A stretch of DNA of 64,000 nt from the human T2T-CHM13v2.0 reference genome, Homo sapiens. This document shows, piece by piece, positions 1-20,728 of this stretch. The notes beneath the pieces were generated by a model that did no database searches, was not told where the DNA came from, and worked only from the letters and a program-made list of their open reading frames with translations. Both the position numbers and the translations under genes were made by a program. The stretch's first letter is position 1. Every line of letters begins with the position of its first letter. Location: NCBI RefSeq assembly GCF_009914755.1, contig NC_060939.1. One strand, written 5' to 3'.

Positions 1-179
1 GCTGGAGTGTAGTGCCTGTTCACAGGTGAGATCACAGTGCAATGCAGCCTTGAACACATGGGTTCAACAGATTCTCCCACCCCAGCCTCCTGAGAAACCG
101 GGATTACAGGCATGTGTCACCATGCACAGCATGGAAGAGTTTTAGATAGAGGGGTGGGAAGCCTTTTATTAGAAGACAC

Positions 180-945
180 ATTTATTTTTTAAAAGTTTAA
201 AAATTGTATGTTGACAATTTATAATTATATAAATGTAAGGGGTACAAAGTAATGTTATAATTTATGAATATAATATATAATAATTAAATCAAGCTAGTTA
301 ACATATCCATTACCTTAAATACTTAACATTTTTGTGGTAAGAATATTTGAAATTTATTCTCTCAGCAATTTTAAAATGTACAAAAACTATCTTCACCACA
401 CTGTACCACAGAATTTAAAAAAAAAAAAAAAAAACATATCCCTCAGCTGAGATTTTGTTCCCTTTAACCATGGTCTCACCACTTTCTCAACCCTCCAGGC
501 TCTGTAACCACCATTCTATTCTCTGCTTCTATGAGTTCAGTTGTTTTAGATTCCACACATAAGTAAGAACACGCGGTGTTTGTTTTTCTGTACCTGGCTT
601 ATTTTACTTAGCATAATAAAATATTCTCCAGTTCCATCCAAGTTGCCACAAATGACATAATTCCTTCTTTAAGGCTGAATATGTATATGTGTGTGCGTGT
701 GTGTGTACATTTTCTTTATTCATTCATGTGTTGAACACTTAGGTTGATTCCATAACTTGGCTATTGTGAATAATGCTGCAATGAACATAAGAAAGCAGAC
801 ATCTCTTCAACAAACTGATTTCAAATCTTTTGGATAAATACCCAGAAGTGGTATTGCTGGATCATGTAGTAATTCTATTTTTAGTTTTTTGACAAACCTC
901 CATACAGTTTTCCATAATAGGAATACTAACTTACATTCTTACTCT
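180..945 (-). mobile_element. Old L1 (L1MA-type) 3' end fragment
   Basis: Reverse L1 3' motifs: ttttagattccacacataagtaaga, aatacccagaagtggtattgctggatc. A short plus-strand L1 piece follows (~945-1030). Confidence 0.75.
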
Positions 946-2120
946 GTCAGATGGCAATTACAAAAAAGACCAAAGATAACAAGTATTGGTGCGGATGAGA
1001 AGAAGAGGGAATCCTTGTACACTGTTGTGAAAACATAAATTAGAAGCCACATTTAAACAGTGTCCTCAAGGAAGAGATGGAGCCAACCTTGTCAAGAGCT
1101 AGGGAACACAGTTTCCAGAAAGGAAAAAGCAGCAGCCTATTAAGAAAGGCTTTTGGTGAAAGAAGACCAGCAACGCCGGGGATTACAATGAGCAAAGTAA
1201 AGAGGTAGCAGGAGTCCATTGTTCAGGATTTTATAGGTCACTGATAGTCCAATAAGAAGACATTTAAGAATGGTACTGACATTTATGCTTAAAGGGATTT
1301 AGCTTTACAAAAAGCATTTACATTTTCTAAACGATTGACTCTAGGTGCTGTGTGACCTATTCAGTGGAGTCAAACTGGAATTACTTGCCTTAGTAAAGGC
1401 AATTATTCCTTTTCAAAAAGGACGCTGAGCCTCACAGAATTATGTTCACTGACTAGGTCACACTGTCAAACACAGTCAAAGGAGTCCAAAAAGCCTGAGC
1501 CCTCCTCCCTTCTGCCACACCAACCAAATGATCCTGCTTGCCCACTCACTTACCCATTCATTCCCACTGAGCCAAAAGTGCACTGGCCTCACAACTGTCC
1601 TCCTGAAACAATTTTTTTTAAAAAATCTGTGCAGTGATTTTAACATGTCCACAAATTTTTTTCAAAGGAGCTAATTATTCCTCCCTCGAGAGACTTAAAA
1701 TTTCTTCTAACACACTGAATGCTCTTCCTCACTTGAATACTATATTTATGCCCCCTTTCTGGGGCAAAATTTCTCCATGGGTCAAATCTGTGTTTTTTAA
1801 AAACAGCTTTATTAAATATAATTCACCTACTATACAATTTATCTATTTAAAGCACACATTTGGGTTTTGCTGTTGTTGTTGCTTGTTTGTTTTAACAGAT
1901 AGGGTCTCGCTCTGTCAGCTACGCCGGAGTGCAGTAGCATGGTCAGAGCTCATGGCAGCCTTGAACTCCTGGCCTTTAGCAATCCTCCAACCCCAGCCTC
2001 TCAAAGCACTGGGATTAAAAACATAAGCCACTGGCACTCAGTTTTGCTTTTTAAAACAAACAAACAAACAAACAAACAAACAAACAGAAAAAGTTAATGC
2101 AGGTTGGGCTCGGTGGCTCA

Positions 2121-2414
<294 letters not shown>

Positions 2415-2435
2415 TTAATACAGCTTGTCTATCAT

Positions 2436-2885
2436 AAAGGGAGGAGACCACCCCTCATGTTGTCTTATGCCCAATTTCTGCCTCCAAAGAAAAAAGAAGT
2501 AAAAACTAAAAGGCAGAAATGAAATTCACAGGCAGACAGCCCAGCTCTGAGCCCTGGGCCTGGTAGTTAAAAATCAAGCCCTGACTTAACTGCTTGTGTT
2601 ATCTATAGATTCCAGACATTGTATGGAAAAGCATCATGAAAATCTCTGTCCTGTTCTGTTCCATTCTGAATACCCGTGCATACAGCCCCCAGTCACGTAC
2701 CCCCTGCTTGCTCAATCGATCATGACCCTCTTACGTGGACCCCCTTACAGTTGTAAGCCCTTAAAAGGGACAGGAATTGCTCACTTGGAGAGCTTGGTTT
2801 TTTGAGACCTAAGTTTGCTGATGCTCCCGGCCGAATAAAGCCCTTTGGTGTCTGAGGGGTTTTGTCTGCGGCTTGTCCTGCTACA
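2436..2885 (+). mobile_element. Solo LTR, LTR2 family (HERV-E/Harlequin, ERV1)
   Basis: Begins aagggaggagaccacccctcat, has aataaa at ~2835, ends ttgtcctgctaca; ~450 bp; flanked by tcat(a) on both sides. Confidence 0.8.
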
Positions 2886-3508
2886 TCATAATTCGTATTA
2901 TTGCTGCTATTATCATGTCACAGCCTTTAGAGACATGGAACTTTTTTTTTGAGATGGAGTCTCGCTCTGTCGCCCACGCTGGAGTGCAGTGGCATAATCT
3001 AGGCTCACTGCAACCTCCGCCTCCCAGGTTCAAGCAATTTTCCTGCTTCAGCCTCCTATGTAGCCGGGATTACAGGTGTGCGCCACTACGCCCGGCTAAT
3101 TTTTCTATTTTTAGTAGAGACAGTGTTTCACCATGTTGGCCAGGCTGGTCTCAAACTCCTGACCTCAGGTGATCCGCCAGCCTTGGCCTCCCAAAGTGCT
3201 GGGATTACAGGCGTGAGCCACTGTGCCCGGCCTAAAGTTTTCTATAGAATTTTTGTAGAGTCTTTATCAGATTAAGTTCCTTTTAAATCCTATTGTGAAG
3301 GTTTTCCTATTATGAACTATTAGTGAATATTATCAAATACTTTTTTTGTATCCATCAAAGTGATAAGGTTTCTCTTTTTTTTTTTTTTTTAATGTGGTGA
3401 ATTACATTTCATCTGTTTTTACTTATTTGTTTTCAACAGGGTTTCGTTGTGTTGGCCAGGATGGCCCAGGATGGCTGGGACTACAGGGGCATACCATCAC
3501 CCACCTAA

Positions 3509-3655
<147 letters not shown>

Positions 3656-4410
3656 TAAAATAATTTTTCAACTGGGAGATTTCAAACGTGGTCTATCTTT
3701 AGCCTACAATTAGTGCAACTGATTTTTCTTGAGTTTACCTGGTAAATAATACCAGTTTCTCTAATTGATTCACTCATTTCACCTGACAAAGATGGAAAGG
3801 AAGCTAGGGGCTTAAGCAACTGCTACATAGCTGGGAAAAGGATTTCGAGACTGCTGCCAATTTTCTCACCTAATGACTTCACTTCTAAACCTTATCCAAC
3901 TTAGGTGGGGAGTTCTTCCAGGTAGAAGTAAGCCAACTGTGATATTAAGAGCTTTTATCAAAGAGGAGGGAAATATATATTTATATAAAAATTTTTACAA
4001 AAAATTAATCATATATATATATATTTTTAATGGCTTTGTAGTTGTGGCCTCAAGACACAACTGAATTATATACCCAACTAACTTTCTTCTTCCCGTGACG
4101 TATCAGTAGGGGTTTCTAAACTTTATGTGGTTCTAACAACAGTGTATGCTCAAAAAAAATAGCTGCAAATGATTTTCTTTCCATCTGGTCTAAATAATAC
4201 TGTTTCTGAAAGACATTTCTAGAAATTTGTGGCATGAGATTAGGGCAGTTACCTGGTTTTCATCACTCTGAAGTTTTCTTTGCTAGTGATGCTTTGGTAT
4301 TATTGTTTTTTGGTTAATTCATTATATCATATTATTTTGGGAGGGAGGTAAGTTTGAAGGGCTGCTGAGTATAAACTTGTATTTCTTTCTTTCTTTCTTT
4401 CTTTTTTTAA

Positions 4411-4878
<468 letters not shown>

Positions 4879-6143
4879 TAGAGACAATGTTTTGCCATGT
4901 TGCCCAGGCTGGTCTCCAACTCCTGGGCTCAAAGTGATCCGCCTGCCTCAGCCTCCCAAAGTGCTGGAATTAACAAGCGTGAGCTACTGCGCCTGACCTA
5001 AACTTACATTTATAATATCATCTTTTCCAGAGAACTATTTACTTTGGACAAATGTTTCTAATGAGGTTCAAATTTACTGTGATGCTGGATAAAACCTGGT
5101 ATCATCCAGAGTCTCACATGTTAGACTTTGAGCTGGTTTCTCACTACTTAATAAAATTTGTCCCATTTGATTTTCTTGTCAAATTACATGTATTACTATT
5201 ATTAAAACGCATCTACTCTCAAAGGATATCAGGCATCCTGAGACTATTCAAAGGAAATATACCTTTTTTTTTTTTCCAAAAATGCTTTGAGTAGCACTTT
5301 TAGAATAAGTGCTTTCTTGAGGTGATTGCTTTATGGAAGCAATACTTGCCTGAATTTTAAATTATTATAAGCTTATTTCAGTTCGTTGAATTTGTTTTGT
5401 TTTGTTTTGAGATGGAGTCTCCCTCTGTTGCCCAGGCTGGAGTGCAGTGGCACGATCTCGCTCACTGCAACCTCTGCCTCCCAGGTTCAAGCAATCCTCC
5501 TGCCTTAGCCTCCTGAGTAGTTGGGATTACAGGCGCATGCCGCCATGCCCGGCTAATTTTGTGTGTGTGTGTTTTAGTAGAAACGAGGTTTCACCGTGTT
5601 GCCCAGGCTGGTCTTAAACTCCTGAGCTCAGGCAATCCGCTATCATGCTTCACCCCCTGTATTCGTGTTACAGACACAAAATGTAACACCTTTATTTTGA
5701 ATAAAGCATAAAAGAAAAATACTGCTTGTATAAAATAAATGACTGCCTAAGTAGATCAGGGCTTTTTTTTTTTTTTTTTTTTTTTGAGACAGGGTCTCAC
5801 TCTGCTACCCAGGTTAGAGTGCAGTGATGCCTCAACCTTCTGGGCTCAAGCAATCCTCCCACCTCAGCCTCCTGAGTAGCTGGTACAACAAGTGAGCACC
5901 ATGACATCTGGCTAATTTTTGTTTAGTTTTTGTAGAGACAGAGTCTCACCATGTTTCTCAGGTTGGGCTCAAGCGATCCACATGCTTGGCCTCCCTAAGT
6001 GCTGGGATTACAGGAGTGAGCCACTGCACCAGGCCCTTTTTCTTATTCTCTAGATAATTCCACCGAAACAGGCACACGTCAAAAAAACAAATGCATTAAT
6101 GAAGAGGTTACAACGCTCAGAAGTACCGGATATTGATTCTTTA

Positions 6144-6518
<375 letters not shown>

Positions 6519-7866
6519 TCACAAAAAAAAAAAAAAAAAAGAAAAAAGAAAAAAAAGAATACGGGTCCCATGCAATGTGGCCAGCTCTGAGTTTTCAGAA
6601 GTTGCTTAACACTGAAATTTTAATAAAATCTCCCAGTTTTTATATGTTCGCAATTAATTTTTTAAAATTTTTAAATACTGTCCACACCACCAGTTTGTAA
6701 CCTCTGGTCTCAAGTTCTTAAAGTGAAATATGGCTTTTTAAATCTTTAGCGTAAGTGATCTACATTGCCAAAAACAAGGGTGGGAATTCACAAAACACAA
6801 AGGAAAATATCCTGTTTAAGATTAAAAAGTATCTTTTTCACCCTACAATACAAATTCGTAATATAAAAGCAAAAGTATGAGATATTTATAATGCTCTCTA
6901 TAGAGAAATTCAGAATAGTATGATTACTATTGGTAATAAGTTTAATTCATTTCTGTTTCTTATTCAAGAGAAAAATTCCCATTTTTCAATTTCAAATGCA
7001 AAAAATAACAATTTAATGTATTATTTAAGGAAATGAGCATCACACAAAATAACAGCTTATTACCCACTGAAATAAAAAAAAGCATTTTTTTTCTTTTTTT
7101 CCTTTTTTTTTTTTTTGGAGATAGGGACTTGCTCTGTTGCCCAGGCTGGAGTGCAGCAGTGCAGTCATGGCTCACTGGAGCTTCAACCTCCTGGGCTCAA
7201 GCAATCCTCCCACCTCAGCTTTCCCCGCAGATGGGACCACAGACACATACCACCATGCCCAGCTAATTTTTCTATTTTTTGGTGGGGGAAGAGACTAGGT
7301 TGTGCTATGTTTGCCCAGGCTGGTTTCAAACTCTTGGATTCAAGCGATCCTCCTGCTTCAACCTCCCAAAGGGCTGGGATTACAGGCACGAGCCATCGCA
7401 CCCAGCCTAATTAAAGCATTTCTATGACAGTTTTATAATATAAAGAGAAATGGCCATAATATATCATGCACAAAATTACTAAAGATCTATGGGCTATTGG
7501 CTAATATGAAGACAGCTGCTTCTGATATTGTACTCAATTAAGGAAGCCATGAACACGGTAAATTTAAAAGTGTCTGGTCAAACACCTAACACCAGTATTA
7601 ATAAAGTTTTCTAATTATGAAATGACCATATTGTTAAATTTTCCCTGAGTAAGACTTTCCTCCACCTACTGAAAGTGGAGAAGAATGGAGGGAGTTACAG
7701 TTATGATTTGGGACATAAAGCCTGAATTATTTTTCTATAGTTCCCGCTAAGCTACTGATAAACCACAGAAGGCAGTAACAAACCTCACAAGAGTGCCTGG
7801 TAGGCTCTAATTGGATCTTATCTAACATTTTACTGTATTTTTTCTTTTTTCTTAACTAAATTACTC

Positions 7867-8011
7867 TAAGTAGTAAATATCTTTTGCCTTCTGAAATCAA
7901 TATTCTGTAATATGTAATATCTTCCTCTCATGGAGCATAAGTAGTAAATATCTTTTGCCTTCTGAAATCAATATTCTGTAATATGTAATATCTTCCTCTC
8001 ATGGAGCATAA
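7867..8011. repeat. Perfect 71-bp tandem duplication
   Basis: taagtagtaaatatc...catggagca at 7867-7937 and 7938-8008, followed by taa. Confidence 0.95.
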
Positions 8012-8104
8012 AGTCTTATTGTAACTTGAATCCTCCCATATTCATTTCTCTTTCCTAGTTTTGTGCATGAAATACCCACAAAGCAATTTGGTTATTTCTC
8101 CTAA

Positions 8105-8507
<403 letters not shown>

Positions 8508-9197
8508 TTAATTAAACAATACAAAAATTAGCCAGACATGGTAGTGCGCATCTGTAGTCCCAGCTACTCAGGAGGCTGAAGTGGGATGATCACTTAAGTC
8601 CAGGAGGCAGAGCCTGGAGTGAGCACTACATTCCAGCCTGGGTGACAGAGGAGATCCTATCTCAAAAACTAAATAAGTAAGTAAAATAAAGTCAGTTATT
8701 ATAAAATTTAAGATAGAGTTCACTTTAATCATAACATTGTAAAATGCACTGCACTTTTACATTCCTCGTTTTGTTTTTGGGTTGTTTTTTTTTTTCCTCG
8801 CTCTGTTGCCCAGGCTGGAGTGCAGTGGCACAATCATCTCACTGTAGCTTCAAACTCCTGGGCTCAAGCAATCCTCATGTCTCAGCCCCCTGAGTACCTA
8901 GGACTACAGGCTCACGCCACTATGCTGGGCTAATTTTTCCTTTTTTCTTTTTAAAAAATGGAGTCTTAGTATGTTGCCCAGGCTGGTCTTGAACTCCTGG
9001 CCTCAAGTGATCCTCCTGCCTTGGCCTCGCAAAGTGCTAGGATTACAAGTGTAAGCTAGCACAACCAGCCTCCTCTTGCTTTTGTGTGGTATTTACTGGC
9101 AACCTGAAAAGCTGTGGTTTAAAATCTGCTATGACATTGAATATAATTACTAGCTTACTTTTATTTAACTTTTGTCCAGTCTCAAAAAATTATTTAA

Positions 9198-9524
<327 letters not shown>

Positions 9525-9749
9525 TAAAACATATAAACAATTTCACCCATCCAATTAAAATCTTTAAAGTTATATTTACTCCCCTCCTTCCTTCAAAACG
9601 CCATTATCCCCTTATCTTCTCACTCTATAGCTATGTGGAAATGCAAAAGGAATACTAGTGTTCTTAAAACAAAGCCTCTCTTTTCCCAGCTGATTTTACT
9701 GTTCTATAAAAATAGTTTGCTTTAAGACATGTCACATTGTAGAACAGTA

Positions 9750-9995
9750 ACAACTACACCATCTAAACCTTATTGGGCCTTTATGCACCAGGTACACTTT
9801 AAATGATTTAAATATATTAATTCATTAAATCCTTCCACTACCTTATGGATAGTAATACTGTTACTATAATTCTCACTTCACAGATGAGGAAACCAAGTAA
9901 GATGCGTAACAAAACTAGAAAGCAGTAGAGGCTTTGACACTTTTGTCAGGTAGATACTTGACATCCTGACTCAAAAGCCCCTGACTTACACTACT
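9750..9995 (-). mobile_element. MIR
   Basis: Reverse MIR core cacttcacagatgaggaaac. Confidence 0.55.
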
Positions 9996-10059
9996 ATGTA
10001 TTTATAAACACTACACTGATTACCCAAACCTATAAATACCGAAGCATATGATTGTCCTG

Positions 10060-10609
10060 TGCGATGGTTAATACTGAGTGTCAACTTGATTGGACTGAAG
10101 GATGCAAAGTAATGTTCCTGGGTGTTTCTGTGAGGGTATTGCCAAAGAAGATTAAGATTTGAGTCAGTGGCCTGGGAGAGGCAGACCCACCCTTAATCTG
10201 GGTGGTACCATCTAATCAGCTGCCAAAATGGCTAGAATAAAGCAGGCAGAAGAAGACAAAAGAGCAGCCTTGCTGAGTCTTCCAGTTTTCATCTATCTCC
10301 CATGCTGGATGCTTCCTACCCTCGAAGAACATCTGACTCCAAGTTCTTCAGCTTTTGGTCTCTTGGACTTACACCAGTGGTTTGCCAGAGGCTCTCAGGC
10401 CTTCGGCCACAGACTGGAGGCTGCACTGTCTGCTTCCCTACTTTTGAGGTTTTGGGACTCAGACTGGCTTCCCTGCTCCTCAGTTTGCAGATGGCCTATG
10501 GTGAGTCTTCACCTTGTGACTGTGTGAGTCAATTCGGCTTAATGAACTCCCCTTCATATATACATATATTCTATTAGTTCTGTCCTTCTAGAGAACCCTG
10601 ACTAATACA
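10060..10609 (+). mobile_element. Solo LTR, MLT2A (probably MLT2A2; ERVL)
   Basis: tgcgatggttaatactgagtgtcaacttgattgg...ctagagaaccctgactaataca; 550 bp with TG...CA ends. Confidence 0.85.
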
Positions 10610-11514
10610 CCCTAGGACCACATATTCTTGTTGCCTAATTATAAAGGAACTCCATGAAATTTCTTTAATGGTTCTTAAGAGTCACTGCTGACTGTGCAAC
10701 AAATGCACATGGTATTATAAGAAAATTTATTCTTTTAGGGAATAAGTACATTTTCATGTAAAATATTCAAGTTTTGAATACATCAATAGAATCCTACTAA
10801 ATTAGCTTGTATTGTACAGTGAAATTATTACCATACAGTCTGATACTCTGTAATATGTGTTAGCAGGGTAACTATTGAACATGTAAAAAGCATCTGAATC
10901 ATGAGAACTTGATTAATACAGGATTTAATAAAGAATTCTTTTGTTGTTTTCAGTATTTGTGACATCTGGGTAGTGGACACTTTTTCCTATAATCATCCCC
11001 TACAGCTACACAGTAATAGAAGTATATTTTAAGGAGAATGGAGCAACACAATTTCAAGTGGTTGTTAGTGATATTTTACCTTCACTGGGATATAGCTACA
11101 GTTACATTATCTCACTCATAAGCAGCATAGCAGGCATCCGTTTGAATTCTACAAATGTATATGCTCAGCTTTCAGACTCATCTTTCATTATTTTCAGTAA
11201 AAACAACTCCAAATTCTATTAATTGGAGAAGGTATACAGGTGGTGAGCTTGCCTAAAAGACAATGCACATATCCTGATAGCTGTTAGTACTGCCTTATTC
11301 TCATATTATAATGGCTTACTTACTTCATACCAAGAGAAACTCATAGCCCCAGAATCACAAAAAATTATATAATCATTTCTATAACAAATTTACTCAAATA
11401 GCAGAGAAGTAGATTCACAACTACTTTAAATAAAGGTTTTAAAAGCTCCATAATTATAACTACCTTTAACTATTATAACTTTAGGCCTTAAATCACATCT
11501 CTAAATTTTTACAG

Positions 11515-11760
11515 TAATAAGACAAGCATCTTTTAAGTGCCTACTGCATACCAGGCACTATGCAAGACACTTCACTTGGACTATCTTAATAACTATCCTA
11601 TGAAAGAGGTATGATTATTATCACTTTACATAAAAGAAAAGATTAGAGAGGGTAAGTAATTGGCCTAATACTACACAGCTAAGAAATGGCAGAGACAGAG
11701 ACGGACAGAGAGACAGAGAGTTAGTTCAAACTCATATCTGCCCTGATTCCAGTGGTGCTA
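11515..11760 (-). mobile_element. MIR
   Basis: aagtgcctactgcataccaggcactatgc...gagagggtaagtaattggcctaa...cacagctaagaaatggcagag. Confidence 0.6.
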
Positions 11761-11996
11761 CCCACATCATGTCATATCTTATATTACATCACACTTTACC
11801 TCATTAAATGTGAATAAAAACCTTTGCATCTCAGCTTTCAGTTTTGTAGTGTTTTAAGCCATGAACTACAAAAAGAAATAGTTTTGGAAACAGAGTCCTG
11901 CTCTGTCACCCAGGCTAGAGCGAAGTGGCACAATCTTGGCTCATTGCAACCTCGACTTCCCAGGTTTCAAGTGATTCTTGTGCCTCAGCTTCCTAA

Positions 11997-12203
<207 letters not shown>

Positions 12204-12205
12204 TA

Positions 12206-12500
12206 GGCCAGGCATGGTGCTTCACACCTGTAATCCCAGCACTTTGAGAGGCCGAGGTGCGCAGATCATCCGAGGTCAGGAGTTCGAGATCAGCCTTGCC
12301 AACATGGTGAAACTCCGTCTCTACTAAAAATACAACAATTAGCCGGGCATGGTGGCAGGCACCTTTAATCCCAGCCACTCAGGAGGCCGAAGCAGGAGAA
12401 TCGCTTGAACCTGGGATGTGGAGGTTGCAGGGAGCTGAGATCACGCCATTGCACTCCAGCCTGGGTGACAGAGCGAAACTCTGTATCAAAAAAAAAAAAA
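12206..12500 (+). mobile_element. Alu (S-type) whose 3' TSD was the target of the L1PA2
   Basis: Full dimer; TSD aaaaaagtagtt at 12192-12203, second copy displaced to 18587-18598. Confidence 0.9.
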
Positions 12501-12739
12501 GTAGGGGGGAGGAGCCAAGATGGCCGAATAGGAACAGCTCCGGTCTACAGCTTCCAGCATGAGCGACGCAGAAGACGGGTGATTTCTGCATTTCCATCTG
12601 AGGTACCGGGTTCATCTCACTAGGGAGTGCCAGACAGTGGGCGCAGGCCAGTGGGTGCGCGCACCGTGCGCGAGCCGAAGCAGGGCGAGGCATTGCCTCA
12701 CCTGGGAAGCGCAAGGGGTCAGGGAGTTCCCTTTCCGAG

Positions 12740-12955
12740 TCAAAGAAAGGGGTGACGGACGCACCTGGAAAATCGGGTCACTCCCACCCGAATATTGCGC
12801 TTTTCAGACCGGCTTAAAAAACGGCGCACCACGAGACTATATCCCACACCTGGCTCGGAGGGTCCTACGCCCACGGAATCTCGCTGATTGCTAGCACAGC
12901 AGTCTGAGATCAAACTGCAAGGAGGCAGCGAGGCTGGGGGAGGGGCGCCCGCCAT
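12740..12955 (-). CDS. L1 ORF0 (71 aa), intact, in the antisense promoter
   Basis: [36 protein letters not shown]...[11 protein letters not shown] is 71 aa, as in primate ORF0. Both internal donors are present (CAG|gtgtgg at 12850/12849; CAG|gtgcgt at 12765/12764). Confidence 0.8.
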
Positions 12956-13410
12956 TGCCCAGGCTTGCTTAGGTAAACAAAGCAGCCGGGAAGCTCGAAC
13001 TGGGTGGAGCCCACCACACCTCAAGGAGGCCTGCCTGCCTCTTTAGGCTCCACCTCTGGGGGCACGGCACAGACAAACAAAAAGACAGCAGTAACCTCTG
13101 CAGACTTAAATGTCCCTGTCTGACAGCTTTGAAGAGAGCAGTGGTTCTCCCAGCACGCAGCTGGAGATCTGAGAACGGGCAGACTGCCTCCTCAAGTGGG
13201 TCCCTGACCCCTGACCCCCGAGCAGCCTAACTGGGAGGCACTCCCCAGCAGGGGCACACTGACACCTCACACTGCAGGGTATTCCAACAGACCTGCAGCT
13301 GAGGGTCCTGTCTGTTAGAAGGAAAACTAACAAACAGAAAGGACATCCACACCGAAAACCCATCTGTACATCACCATCATCAAAGACCAAAAGTAGATAA
13401 AACCACAAAG

Positions 13411-14426
13411 ATGGGGAAAAAACAGAACAGAAAAACTGGAAACTCTAAAACGCAGAGCGCCTCTCCTCCTCCAAAGGAACGCAGTTCCTCACCAGCAACG
13501 GAACAAAGCTGTATGGAGAATGATTTTGACGAGGTGAGAGAAGAAGGCTTCAGACGATCAAATTACTCTGAGCTACGGGAGGACATTCAAACCAAAGGCA
13601 AAGAAGTTGAAAACTTTGAAAAAAATTTAGAAGAATGTATAACTAGAATAACCAATACAGAGAAGTGCTTAAAGGAGCTGATGGAGCTGAAAACCAAGGC
13701 TCGAGAACTACGTGAAGAATGCAGAAGCCTCAGGAGCCGATGCGATCAACTGGAAGAAAGGGTATCAGCAATGGAAGATGAAATGAATGAAATGAAGCGA
13801 GAAGGGAAGTTTAGAGAAAAAAGAATAAAAAGAAATGAGCAAAGCCTCCAAGAAATATGGGACTATGTGAAAAGACCAAATCTACGTCTGATTGGTGTAC
13901 CTGAAAGTGATGGGGAGAATGGAACCAAGTTGGAAAACACTCTGCAGGATATTATACAGGAGAACTTCCCCAATCTAGCAAGGCAGGCCAACGTTCAGAT
14001 TCAGGAAATACAGAGAACGCCACAAAGATACTCCTCGAGCAGAGCAACTCCAAGACACATAATTGTCAGATTCACCAAAGTTGAAATGAAGGAAAAAATG
14101 TTAAGGGCAGCCAGAGAGAAAGGTCGGGTTACCCTCAAAGGGAAGCCCATCAGACTAACAGCGGATCTCTCGGCAGAAACCCTACAAGCCAGAAGAGAGT
14201 GGGGCCAATATTCAACATTCTTAAAGAAAAGAATTTTCAACCCAGAATTTCATATCCAGCCAAACTAAGCTTCATAAGTGAAGGAGAAATAAAATACTTT
14301 ACAGACAAGCAAATGCTGAGAGATTTTGTCACCACCAGGCCTGCCCTAAAAGAGCTCCTGAAGGAAGCGCTAAACATGGAAAGGAACAACCGGTACCAGC
14401 CGCTGCAAAATCATGCCAAAATGTAA
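13411..14426 (+). pseudogene. L1 ORF1p, frameshifted
   Basis: MGKKQNRKTGNSK...NHAKM is split between two frames. A 1-bp deletion in the G run at ~14201-14204 gives a span of 1016 nt versus the canonical 1017. Confidence 0.95.
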
Positions 14427-14489
14427 AGACCATCGAGACTAGGAAGAAACTGCATCAACTAACGAGCAAAATCACCAGCTAACATCATA

Positions 14490-18313
<3,824 letters not shown>

Positions 18314-18696
18314 ACAATGAGATCACATGGACACAGGAAGGGGAATATCACACTCTGGGGACTGTGGTGGGGTGGGGGGAGGGGGGAGGGATAGCATTGG
18401 GAGATATACCTAATGCTAGATGACGAGTTAGTGGGTGCAGCGCACCAGCATGACACATGTATACATATGTAACTAACCTGCAAAATGTGCACATGTACCC
18501 TAAAACTTAAAGTATAATTAAAAAAAAAATAAAATAAAATAAAAAAACCCAAATCACAAAACAATTTAAAAAAAAACAAAAACAAAAAAAAAGTAGTTGA
18601 AAAATAATTTAAAATTTTTCTTGCTCATATAAGCAAAATATCTTACTTTTATGTTTAAAGTTACATAAAATTTTTTAAAAGAATTTTTAGCCCACA

Positions 18697-19995
<1,299 letters not shown>

Positions 19996-20181
19996 TCATT
20001 ACAGGCATGCACTGACCACCACGCCCAGCTAATTTTTTTGTATTTCAGTAGAGATGGTGTTTCACCATGTTGGCCAGGCTGGTCTTGAACTCCTGACCTT
20101 AAGTGATATGCCTGCCTCAGCCTGCCAAAGTGCTGGGATTACAGGAGTGAGCCACCGTGCCCAGCCTAAAATCTTTTATCT

Positions 20182-20728
20182 CAGCAGTCCTCAACCTTTT
20201 TGGCACAAGGACCAGTTTTACAGAAGACAATTTTTCCACAGACTGGGGGTGGAGGGCAGGGGGGAATGGTTTAGGGATGATTCAAGCACACTACATTTAT
20301 TATGCACTTAATTTCCATTATTATTACATTGTACTATGCAATGAAATAATTATTCAACTCACCATAATGTAGAATCAGTGGGAGCCCTGAGCTTGTTTTC
20401 CTGCAACTGGATGGTCCTTTCTGCAAGTGATGGGAGACTCTGGCCAATCATCAGGCATTAGATTCTCATAAGGAGTGCATAACCTACATCCCTCTCACGT
20501 GCAGTTCACAACAGGGTTCACGCTCCTATGAGAATCTAATGCTGCCATTGATCTGACAGGAGGTGGCGCTCGGGCAGTAATGCAAGTGATGGGGAGTGGC
20601 TTTAAATACAGATGAAGCTTCACGCACTCACCTGCCACTCACCTGCCACTCACTTCCTGCTATGCAGCACGGTTCCTAAAGGGCCATGGACCACTACTGG
20701 TCTGTGGCCCAGAGCTTCAGGACCCCTG
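20182..20728 (+). mobile_element. MER1A (hAT-Charlie non-autonomous DNA transposon), complete
   Basis: cagcagtcctcaacctttttggcac...caggacccctg with a perfect 8-bp TSD ttttatct at 20174-20181 and 20729-20736. Confidence 0.85.
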
